Shown piece after piece: positions 27,953 to 36,048 of a stretch of 64,000 nt of DNA. Position numbers and translations under genes: made by a program. The notes beneath the pieces were generated by a model. That model made no database searches. It was given only the letters and a program-made list of their open reading frames with translations, and was not told where the DNA came from. Location of the stretch: the IMG/VR virus record IMGVR_UViG_3300037400_003300, positions 16,273 to 80,272 of that record; one strand, given 5' to 3'. The DNA is from a virus. Lineage: Duplodnaviria; Heunggongvirae; Uroviricota; Caudoviricetes. Within the stretch, counting starts at the first letter, position 1, and each line of letters opens with the position of its first letter.

Positions 27953-28273
27953 TTAGCCCCCCATTATTAAATCTAAAAAACTTTTTTCAAGTTCTGCGGC
28001 GGCTGTATAACGCGCAGTAACATTAAATATATATTTATAGTCACTTAAATCAGCAAAAATTTTACTATAGAGACGGGCCCCGGCGACGGCGACGGGATAA
28101 AAAGCATTAATAGCTTTTTCCCTAGAATAATTTCCGCGTTTAAAATATCTATTTAAGTTTTTACAAATAGGAATAATATATTGATCGTATAAATCCGCGT
28201 TGTTTTCGATAAAAAGTGATAACTCGCGGGATTCCGTTGTGTTATTGATATACATGTTTTTTGTCTTTTTCAT
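27953..28273 (-). CDS. hypothetical protein
   Basis: ORF track. Confidence 0.4.
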   Translation of the reverse strand: MKKTKNMYINNTTESRELSLFIENNADLYDQYIIPICKNLNRYFKRGNYSREKAINAFYPVAVAGARLYSKIFADLSDYKYIFNVTARYTAAAELEKSFLDLIMGG

Positions 28274-28276
28274 AAT

Positions 28277-28471
28277 TTACCCCTTTATAAATCCAGTATT
28301 TAATATTGTTAATAGTTCCTTTTTTGATACATTTGTAAGTTTGATTTTTTTAACTGGATAATTCCAGTTAACAGCGTTAAAGACTGGAATATATCCGAAT
28401 ATTTCAAAATTTTGAATTATAAAATCCGTGTTATATCTCTTTAAAATAGTGGCTATTTCGTAAAGATTCAT
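28277..28471 (-). CDS. hypothetical protein
   Basis: ORF track. Confidence 0.35.
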   Translation of the reverse strand: MNLYEIATILKRYNTDFIIQNFEIFGYIPVFNAVNWNYPVKKIKLTNVSKKELLTILNTGFIKG

Positions 28472-28762
28472 GTTTTTAACCTCTCTATAATTGTTATATT
28501 GTACGTTGTTGTTTTGTACTTGATAATGTAATTATATTACTATATAAAATTGTTGTCAAGTACCATTTTTAAATTTTTTAAATTGTTTTTTAATCCAGTA
28601 TTTATGCGGGTTTACAAGGATCTTTACAAATTGACGATAAAAATATTATTGATTGACGTTTAAAAAGTGTGTACACTATTATTAATAAGTAAATATTGAA
28701 TGTTAAGGGATAAACGGCCCGCATTCTTTTTCTATTGTGAAAAGTTTGCGAGTCGTTTTTAA

Positions 28763-29479
28763 ATGCCAGGGACCGGAAAAATGAATATTGAAAATATAGT
28801 AAAGAATACAATTAAAAATACAGATACCGCCGGCGGCGGGAAAATTGACGATCTTTTGCAGCATGAAATATTAACCGATGATATAAAAAATGAAATTTTT
28901 GAATGCTGGAAAAATGATCTTGATATCTATATTGACAACTACGCACAGACAAGTCCAGATATTAACGCGAATAAAGGCATGTTTAAATGTAGCTTGGAAA
29001 CTTGGCAAGCATGCGCTAGTGATATAGGCCGGAATTACTTCTTTAAAAATAGATACTTAATAGATAAAAAGAAAATAGCCGCGCAGGGCGGCGGGACAAT
29101 ATACCGTGATGATCTTTTATTAATCGGCCTGGAATTATATGAATATTACTGTAATTTGTTTAGAAAACAATTTTTTATTTATGATTGCACGCGGTTTTTA
29201 GGAATATCAAAAGAAGTGTTATATAGATTAAATACATTGCACAGTGACTTGCTAAAAAGGGCCCACACAATTCAAGAATCCAGCATGCGCACAGCATTGG
29301 CAAGCGGCCGCAGCAATGTTACTGCTATAGCAATACTATTAAATCACGATTACAACTATACAAGGACAACCGAAATAATACATAGTAGCGATAGAATTAA
29401 ATCAGCCGATACATTGCCAGTGCTTAAAATTGACGATATACCAAACAATGAAATTAAAAGATCGAGTGAAAACATGTAA
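28763..29479 (+). CDS. hypothetical protein
   Basis: ORF track; divergent from the minus-strand cluster. Confidence 0.45.
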   Translation: MPGTGKMNIENIVKNTIKNTDTAGGGKIDDLLQHEILTDDIKNEIFECWKNDLDIYIDNYAQTSPDINANKGMFKCSLETWQACASDIGRNYFFKNRYLIDKKKIAAQGGGTIYRDDLLLIGLELYEYYCNLFRKQFFIYDCTRFLGISKEVLYRLNTLHSDLLKRAHTIQESSMRTALASGRSNVTAIAILLNHDYNYTRTTEIIHSSDRIKSADTLPVLKIDDIPNNEIKRSSENM

Positions 29480-29527
29480 AAAGTGCACTGTTACGGCGTT
29501 TTCAGGGCTGCAAACATCCGTTTACAA

Positions 29528-29553
29528 TTGCGTAAAATTGTAATTTTGCGAAA
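29528..29553. promoter_or_regulatory. imperfect inverted repeat TTGCGTAAAATT-GT-AATTTTGCGAA upstream of RHH operon (possible operator)
   Basis: dyad symmetry ~190 bp upstream of the first RHH gene. Confidence 0.25.
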
Positions 29554-29746
29554 AAGAGTCAATCAACACGGCGTAGGGGTTCCGGGCCGATGAAGGCCAC
29601 CCCCAGGCTTAGCCCCTCAGTCACCGAAAAAACAAAAGAGGGTAATACAAACCGCACAACCATGCAGGTTAACCAATTTTCATCATGAAATAAAAAATAG
29701 GCCAAAAATGCTGCAAACCTAGTTAACTTCTAAAGGAGAGGGGATT

Positions 29747-30118
29747 ATGGCAGAGAAAAAGGTAATAGGAATAAAAGTTGGAGCAGAAGATTATAGAAGA
29801 TTAGAAATCATTGCAGACCGAGAGAACATGAGCATTTCAGCGATTTTAAAACTTTGTGTGAATGCAATTATCAATAATGAGATAGAGCTAGAGAAAGGTG
29901 AGCTAAAGCTAGGAGTTAACTACGTTTGCGAGGATTTAGACACACCATTTGGGGAGAAAGTAGAGCGAAAATTAAACAAACTACGTGAGAGGGAGTATCC
30001 GGAGTGGTATATCGAAGCGCTGAAAGAGCAGATGTTAACTAGCTTTGACGCACAAATAGAGATGTTACCGAAGAAATTCAACCCAAAAAGAATGCGAAGT
30101 GATGATTGGGGGTGCTGA
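29747..30118 (+). CDS. ribbon-helix-helix DNA-binding protein
   Basis: IGIKVGAEDYRRLEIIADRENMSISAILKLCV RHH pattern; AGGAGAGGGG RBS. Confidence 0.5.
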   Translation: MAEKKVIGIKVGAEDYRRLEIIADRENMSISAILKLCVNAIINNEIELEKGELKLGVNYVCEDLDTPFGEKVERKLNKLREREYPEWYIEALKEQMLTSFDAQIEMLPKKFNPKRMRSDDWGC

Positions 30119-30120
30119 AG

Positions 30121-30372
30121 ATGCCAACGAAAGATTCCATGATAAAGACCGCAAGGATCACGCAGGAAACCTGGAGAAAGATGGAAGCATACATGGAGAG
30201 GGAAGATGTGACCTTCTCAGGAGCAATAAGAAAGCTGGTCGAGGAAGCGGACATACCGAAGCAGCGTAGGGAGTTTGTAGACACGAAAGAGCTGGTAGAC
30301 CTCTGTGAAAGAAGGAATATCGAACCACAGACACTAATAGATGGGCTTGTAAGGGAGTTAAAGAGGGGATGA
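30121..30372 (+). CDS. ribbon-helix-helix DNA-binding protein
   Basis: KTARITQETWRKMEAYM...SGAIRKLVE. Confidence 0.5.
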   Translation: MPTKDSMIKTARITQETWRKMEAYMEREDVTFSGAIRKLVEEADIPKQRREFVDTKELVDLCERRNIEPQTLIDGLVRELKRG

Positions 30373-30539
30373 GTAGTAGTAAGACACAGACAAGAACCAT
30401 AAGGATAAAGAATGAGACAGCGGATTTCTTCAGAGACAAGCCACTTAACAAAGTAGTTGAGAACGTGCATGACCTGGCACTAAAGAAAGACATAGAGGTA
30501 TGTGAGAATGGGAAAATTTCTATACTCAGTGGACGGTGA
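30369..30539 (+). CDS. ribbon-helix-helix-like small protein (contains the protospacer)
   Basis: RTIRIKNETADFFRDKPLNKVVENVHDLALKK; hand-translated. Confidence 0.4.
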   Translation: MSSSKTQTRTIRIKNETADFFRDKPLNKVVENVHDLALKKDIEVCENGKISILSGR

Positions 30540-30864
30540 GCATTTTGAGGAACTTGGGCATGTATCGGATATAGAGCTTAGTGCTGAAGAGGAAGAGGTA
30601 GCCGAGAGATTTTTTACGCCAGATACGATTGAATTAACTATGCAAGCGCCAGAGTTAAATATGGACGGATTGGTTCGCAGCATGCTTGGCCAAAGTGCGT
30701 ATAACTCGATAAAACTTAGGCAAGACGGGTATTTAAGCCCTGAGAACGGGTGGTTCACACCAGTTGAGAGTCCGGCGATAAAACTTATTGAAAAAATAGA
30801 CAAAGAGAGGAGAAGGCATGACAAAGAAAGAGAGAGAAGCACTAAATCAGGCATTGAAGAATGA
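30502..30864 (+). CDS. hypothetical acidic protein (the gene whose RBS/start region matches spacer 1)
   Basis: ORF track; GTG 30502 or ATG 30508 start after AGAGG. Confidence 0.45.
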   Translation: MRMGKFLYSVDGEHFEELGHVSDIELSAEEEEVAERFFTPDTIELTMQAPELNMDGLVRSMLGQSAYNSIKLRQDGYLSPENGWFTPVESPAIKLIEKIDKERRRHDKERERSTKSGIEE

Positions 30865-31012
30865 GTTTTTAGATCAGGACGAAGCTGAGATGCGAAAAGG
30901 GTACAGAGAATTTGCAAGGCAGCTTCAATTAGCGCAGGAAGAAATGGGGCTTACAAGATATGAGGCAATAATATTCCTGTCAACCTTGATAGGGAATAGT
31001 ATGCATAAATGA
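30818..31012 (+). CDS. hypothetical protein
   Basis: ORF track. Confidence 0.35.
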   Translation: MTKKEREALNQALKNEFLDQDEAEMRKGYREFARQLQLAQEEMGLTRYEAIIFLSTLIGNSMHK

Positions 31013-31139
31013 AAAATAACAGCGCCAAGAATTTTCGTAGCTACAGGATGTGAAGCCCTTACGAGGGAGCAACCTCATGGAGAGGAGATATGTTGTAGTG
31101 AGCTTTAGACGGATGGCGCACCTAAATAGGAGGATGTAT

Positions 31140-31547
31140 ATGGACACAAGAACTATCAACGAGCATTATGCCGAGATAGGTGCTGAGCTTATTGAGAAGG
31201 AAGAAGCACTTGAAGGCATAAGAAACAGCACTGCGACCATCATTTATCTGTCTAGTGAACACAAAAAGACGGGAAATGGGAAGGTGGTCAAGGCACAGTG
31301 CGAAAAAATCTCCGACAAGTACAAATGGGGGATTCCATGTGACTTCACGATAACGGTTTTTGAGCCAAATTGTGAAGGAATGACCGAGGAACAGATGAAA
31401 ATGCTTATTTTCCATGAGTTATTGCATGTAAAGATAAGCTACAAGGATGACGGAACGGAAGTTTTTGGTATTAATCCACATGATCTTGAGGATTTTAAGC
31501 TGATTATTGACAGGTTTGGCACAGAGTGGGCGGAGGTAAAGGAATGA
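31140..31547 (+). CDS. HExxH (SprT-like) putative metallopeptidase-domain protein
   Basis: AGGAGG RBS then ATG at ~31140; FHELLHV motif. Confidence 0.45.
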   Translation: MDTRTINEHYAEIGAELIEKEEALEGIRNSTATIIYLSSEHKKTGNGKVVKAQCEKISDKYKWGIPCDFTITVFEPNCEGMTEEQMKMLIFHELLHVKISYKDDGTEVFGINPHDLEDFKLIIDRFGTEWAEVKE

Positions 31548-32494
31548 TAGCATTTGTTATTGGTATTATTGCTACTATCGTGGCATTTTTCATACTTGGA
31601 ATTGATTTTGATGAAGTAGATTTTATGTGGGAGCCAAAGAAAAGGCAGGTGTTTTCGCTTATAGGACTGATTATATGTCTTTTAGGCTTTATAAAGACGG
31701 TTCCGACAGGTTCAACCGGTATCGTAACAACATTTGGTAGGATCGAGAACATTACTTTGGATGCGGGCATACATTTTATGGCACCTTGGAAGAAAGTAGT
31801 TAACATGGACAACCGGACACAGAAACAGTCCATAGAGATGCAGTGCTTTAGTTCAGATATTCAGGAAGTAAGCGTTATATACACGGTAAATTACCAGATA
31901 AACAAAGCAAATGCGCAGGAAATCTACAGGACGATAGGAAAAGAGTATTTTGACAAGATAGTAATGCCAAAAGCACTTGAAGCAGTAAAGTCAGTATTTG
32001 CCAAGTATACGGCTGAGGCGCTTGTAGCATCAAGAGCAGGGCTTTCAAAAGAGATTGAAGCAGTGCTTGTGGATGATCTTAGCAAGCAGAATATACAGAT
32101 CACTGCAACATCTATTGAGAACATTGATTTTACCGATGCTTTTACAAATGCAGTTGAAGCAAAGCAGGTAGCTGAGCAGAACAAGTTAAAAGCACAGACA
32201 GAACAGGCGCAGGCAACACTTGAAGCACAGGCACAGGCTGAAAGACAGGTAATAAAAGCCCAGGCAGATGCAGATGCGTCAATTCTTGCAGCAAAAGCAG
32301 ATGCAGAGGTTGCAAAGATCAGTTCTGACAGCGCACTTTACCAAGGCGAGAAGGAAGCATCCATTTTACAGAGAGTTGGAGAGCAGCTTGCGAAATATCC
32401 TGACCTTGTAAAGTACAAATACATTGAAGGCTGGGATGGCAAGATGCCACAGACAATACTTGGAAACTCAGATGTGATCATGGATATGAGGTAA
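31526..32494 (+). CDS. SPFH/Band-7 (stomatin/prohibitin-like) membrane protein
   Basis: N-terminal TM helix, SPFH core, Ala/Gln-rich coiled-coil tail. Confidence 0.65.
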   Translation: MGGGKGMIAFVIGIIATIVAFFILGIDFDEVDFMWEPKKRQVFSLIGLIICLLGFIKTVPTGSTGIVTTFGRIENITLDAGIHFMAPWKKVVNMDNRTQKQSIEMQCFSSDIQEVSVIYTVNYQINKANAQEIYRTIGKEYFDKIVMPKALEAVKSVFAKYTAEALVASRAGLSKEIEAVLVDDLSKQNIQITATSIENIDFTDAFTNAVEAKQVAEQNKLKAQTEQAQATLEAQAQAERQVIKAQADADASILAAKADAEVAKISSDSALYQGEKEASILQRVGEQLAKYPDLVKYKYIEGWDGKMPQTILGNSDVIMDMR

Positions 32495-32498
32495 AAAA

Positions 32499-32813
32499 AT
32501 GGCAATACCGACGTATGGACCGGGCGTACACAGATTAAAGATTGAGCCAATGGACATAGGACATGCAAGGGTAAGCATTGATGACACGGTAGTACGCGCA
32601 AGCAAGGTAGACGTACATATGGAAGTTGGTTCGATGCATCAGGCGGAGATAACACTTCTTGGTCAGCCTGAGATGGACATTGACTCGTTAATTACCTTTG
32701 ATTTTAGTCCAAAAACTGTGAAAAGAGCAGTTGATGTGCTTAAGATAGCGCTTAGAAAGAATGACTTTATCGCAAGATTAGGTCTTGAAGAGTTAAATAA
32801 TTTAGAGCGGTGA
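32499..32813 (+). CDS. hypothetical protein
   Basis: ORF track. Confidence 0.4.
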   Translation: MAIPTYGPGVHRLKIEPMDIGHARVSIDDTVVRASKVDVHMEVGSMHQAEITLLGQPEMDIDSLITFDFSPKTVKRAVDVLKIALRKNDFIARLGLEELNNLER

Positions 32814-32923
32814 GAAGGATAAAACCTTTTCATCGTATTAGCCGGGAGGCAGAGTTCGACGGAGCAAGGAACACCACTCTCTGACAAAAGTGGGCGGATC
32901 TGCAATAAAAAGAAAGGGAAGGT

Positions 32924-34687
32924 ATGGCTTCTAATGACCTTATCAGAGCATTTGAAGGCTATAAAACATATTATGACAATCATGGCGCAGATGAAGCGCT
33001 TATAAATGCCTGTGTAGAAGCTGCAAAGACCGCTTTTTTTATTGAAAAAGATGAAAAATACGGGTTAGGCATTACAGGAACGACTAAAAACTACATAAAT
33101 GAGCTAGTTCTGACTAAGACTGGCGCGGGATTCTTTGATCTTGAGAGATATGCGATAGCAAATGATACAGAGTATACCATCATCAATACCGGTTACGACA
33201 TCTATAGGCTAGAGTCTTTCTCAAGATTTGAATCGTACATGCACTACATCGAAAGGGACAGGAGACAAGAAAAACGTTTTTACCTTCCGAGAAGATGTAC
33301 TTTAGGGATAGTAGCAAATGATATGCAGCGTTTGGAAGATGATGAACTTGATGTTTATGGACTTAGTTTACCATCAAGAACCGGTAAGAGTTCAATCTGT
33401 ATCTTCTTTCTTACATGGGTAGGAGTACGAAAACCAAACAGCCATAATGCGATGGGTGGGCATTCTGGACAGCTTGCAAAGAGATTCTACAGAGGTCTTG
33501 ATAACATAATCGAAACACCGGATTACCGATACGATGAAGTGTTTCATTTATGGAATCCTGAATACCGAGCAGTCTTACAGGCAAAATCATCAGATCCAGC
33601 AGAATTTACACTTAATCTGGGTTCACCTGATGAGTTTTCAACCTTTACATGCCGAGGAATAGACGGAACATGGACGGGTGCTATCGATGTATCTTCAGAT
33701 GGTTACTTATACGTGGATGACCTCATAAGAGACAGAGAACATTCACTTAGTCCATCACGAGTTGAAAATACTTATCAAGAGTATCAGAACAAGATGCTTG
33801 ACCGTATGAATGACGGTGCGAAAAAGATGCTTGTCGGTACTTTATGGACAGTAAATGATCCGCTTGAGCGTGAGAGAAAGGTAAATGATGGCAATCCAAG
33901 GGCATTGTTCAGGAAGATACCTGCTCTTAACGAAAATGATGAGAGTAATTTCCAATACACGGTCAAAGGATTTTCTACTGAGTATTACAAGAACATGCGA
34001 GACAGGCTTGATAAGGCTGAATGGATGGCAAAATTCCAGCAACAGCCATTTGTCAGAGAAGGTCTTACGTATCCTATCGAGGAACTGCGGTTTTTTGATG
34101 GATTTTTACCGGTTGGAAACTGTTCGACTATCGCACACATAGACGTTGCTTTTGGTGGTGGAGACAGGTTATCAATGCCGATATGTAAGGATTTTGGCGA
34201 AGAAAAGAAGTATATCGTGGGCTGGATACATGATAGCCGTTCACCAGGATTTACGGTTCCAAGAGTAGTTGATGCGATTGACAGATACTACATAACAAAG
34301 CTTTACATAGAGAAAAACTCAGGTGGACAGCTCTATGCAGATAAAGTCTCAGAAGAAATGAAGAACAGAGGAATAAACCACTGTAAGATTGAGCTTTATT
34401 CCGCACCTAATAAGATTTCAAAGAATGACAAGATAAGCGGATATTCAGATTATGTAAAACGCAATTTCTTGTTCTTATCGGCTAAAAGCCGTGATATTTA
34501 CGAGGAAGATATAGATTTTTATAAGCAAGATGCCGACTACCGCAAGGCATTGGACGAGATGACAACATTCAGTATTGAGGGAAAGGGAAAGCAGTTTGAT
34601 GATTCACCGGATTCCATCTCTTCACTTGCTATGAAGATGGATAACAGGCGGTCAACAAAAGCAAGGATAATGAGTTCACCATTATGA
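32924..34687 (+). CDS. terL: terminase large subunit
   Basis: Walker A-like LPSRTGKSS; VDDL; C-terminal nuclease-like IDVAFGGGDR; 587 aa. Confidence 0.8.
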   Translation: MASNDLIRAFEGYKTYYDNHGADEALINACVEAAKTAFFIEKDEKYGLGITGTTKNYINELVLTKTGAGFFDLERYAIANDTEYTIINTGYDIYRLESFSRFESYMHYIERDRRQEKRFYLPRRCTLGIVANDMQRLEDDELDVYGLSLPSRTGKSSICIFFLTWVGVRKPNSHNAMGGHSGQLAKRFYRGLDNIIETPDYRYDEVFHLWNPEYRAVLQAKSSDPAEFTLNLGSPDEFSTFTCRGIDGTWTGAIDVSSDGYLYVDDLIRDREHSLSPSRVENTYQEYQNKMLDRMNDGAKKMLVGTLWTVNDPLERERKVNDGNPRALFRKIPALNENDESNFQYTVKGFSTEYYKNMRDRLDKAEWMAKFQQQPFVREGLTYPIEELRFFDGFLPVGNCSTIAHIDVAFGGGDRLSMPICKDFGEEKKYIVGWIHDSRSPGFTVPRVVDAIDRYYITKLYIEKNSGGQLYADKVSEEMKNRGINHCKIELYSAPNKISKNDKISGYSDYVKRNFLFLSAKSRDIYEEDIDFYKQDADYRKALDEMTTFSIEGKGKQFDDSPDSISSLAMKMDNRRSTKARIMSSPL

Positions 34688-35055
34688 GTTTAAATGAGAA
34701 AACAGTTGATGAAAAGACATTTAAAGAGTGTTGTGATCTGATGCTGAGCGGTAGGATGCATCCGGAAGTGGCTGCATATCTCACGGGATTATCAAGACCA
34801 ACGTTTTATAAGAGAGTCAATCAATATTATGATCCTGAGAGATATGGGGAGTTGCCTGAAGATTTCTTTTCCGGCAGAAAATCAGTCTGGAAGGAAAACA
34901 CCGGATGGATAAAGAATAGTGTAGCGGTTCAAAGGTACATTGAGAATCAGAAAGAGAAGCAAAGACGCAGGATTGAAAGGCGGCAGAGGTTAAGGGAAGA
35001 GTTAAACAGAAATAAAGCAGTAAAAGCTGACAAACTTCCCAGATTGGAGGACTGA
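34684..35055 (+). CDS. HTH-containing basic protein (DNA-binding; possibly terminase small-subunit-like)
   Basis: LTGLSRPTFYKRV HTH; Arg-rich C-terminus. Confidence 0.35.
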   Translation: MSLNEKTVDEKTFKECCDLMLSGRMHPEVAAYLTGLSRPTFYKRVNQYYDPERYGELPEDFFSGRKSVWKENTGWIKNSVAVQRYIENQKEKQRRRIERRQRLREELNRNKAVKADKLPRLED

Positions 35056-35210
35056 TGGCAATTGTATTTAAAACGGCTGTAAGTGTAATTTCACTTGCAA
35101 TGATGGGGATTCTTATAGCGATAGGAATGAAAAGTGATGATACAGGAAAGACAGTTTCAAATGTATTGATGCTTATCTATGGACTCTGTATTGTGGCTAT
35201 GTGGGTGTAA
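35055..35210 (+). CDS. small membrane peptide
   Basis: 51-aa two-TM ORF, hand-translated. Confidence 0.3.
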   Translation: MAIVFKTAVSVISLAMMGILIAIGMKSDDTGKTVSNVLMLIYGLCIVAMWV

Positions 35211-35213
35211 AGT

Positions 35214-35624
35214 ATGAATAAGAGAAAATTGGACAAATATAATATAAATAAATTCAGATACAGGGAATTATGTGCTTTTTGTTTGCAATATCAGGATTGG
35301 AAAGATGAACTTAGCAACAATGTCTACTTTTCGGCCATAAAATATGACGGAGCAAAACCATCTAACCATCAAGCTTCCGATACTACAGCCAAACACGCCC
35401 TTAGAATGCTCAAGCTTAAGAGAAATTGTGATCTTATAGAGAAATGTGCGAAAGAAGCCACAGCAAAAACAGGTGGAGAGATATGGAGATACATCATAAA
35501 AAATGTTTGCTTTGAAGTTTCGTACAGGTATATGAAAACATACGATGAAATTCCTATCGAAAGAGCGACATTTTTCTCATATAAGAGGTATTTTTTCTAT
35601 TTATTAGATCAGGAAAAGGATTGA
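35214..35624 (+). CDS. hypothetical protein (possible late-gene regulator)
   Basis: ORF track. Confidence 0.35.
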   Translation: MNKRKLDKYNINKFRYRELCAFCLQYQDWKDELSNNVYFSAIKYDGAKPSNHQASDTTAKHALRMLKLKRNCDLIEKCAKEATAKTGGEIWRYIIKNVCFEVSYRYMKTYDEIPIERATFFSYKRYFFYLLDQEKD

Positions 35625-35652
35625 ATGTTGAATAAATTATCAATTTTGATAT

Positions 35653-35872
35653 AATAAAGAAGAGTGGTAGCGATACCCCTTGATTAAGCAAATAAAAAAG
35701 TCCGCTTAACTTGTGAGGTTAGGAGCGGTCTTTTTTATTGTTCTTTTTGTTCTTTAGAATATCGAACAATAGCCTTATGATATTCAATAGAAAATTGCAC
35801 AATGCAATAATCTCTGAGATAGTCATAGGCATCACGTTCCTTTCCCTTATATTTCAAGGGAAACCGCTACCA
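35653..35872 (-). mobile_element. MITE-like cassette copy 2 (inverted relative to copy 1)
   Basis: TIRs AGTGGTAGCGATACCCC / GGGAAACCGCTACCACT; the internal sequence is recognisably homologous to copy 1 (not scored). Confidence 0.5.
35717..35827 (-). CDS. 36-aa hydrophobic peptide MTISEIIALCNFLLNIIRLLFDILKNKKNNKKDRS
   Basis: homolog of the copy-1 peptide; terminator hairpin CCGCTCCTAACCTCACAAGTTAAGCGG downstream. Confidence 0.4.
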
Positions 35873-36048
35873 CTAAGAGATACTATACCACAGAAGCCCA
35901 ATAAAATAAACTTTATATAAAAATGTAGACTTTTTTATATAACTTTGGTTGTAAAATGGTAGTGTAAAATAATATAAACAGAGCCTATAGGGCATTTAAA
36001 ATACAGCAAGCCTTACCTTCGGGTGGGGCTTTTTTATATGGTGAAAAT

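Noticed and set aside
29565-29640. GC-rich segment considered as a tRNA or attP-associated tRNA fragment
   Set aside because: No acceptor/anticodon cloverleaf and no T-loop GTTC motif could be drawn. It is kept only as an unexplained structured element.
35738-35920. 60-aa + strand ORF
   Set aside because: Antisense to the conserved peptide gene of MITE-like copy 2 and not conserved in copy 1.
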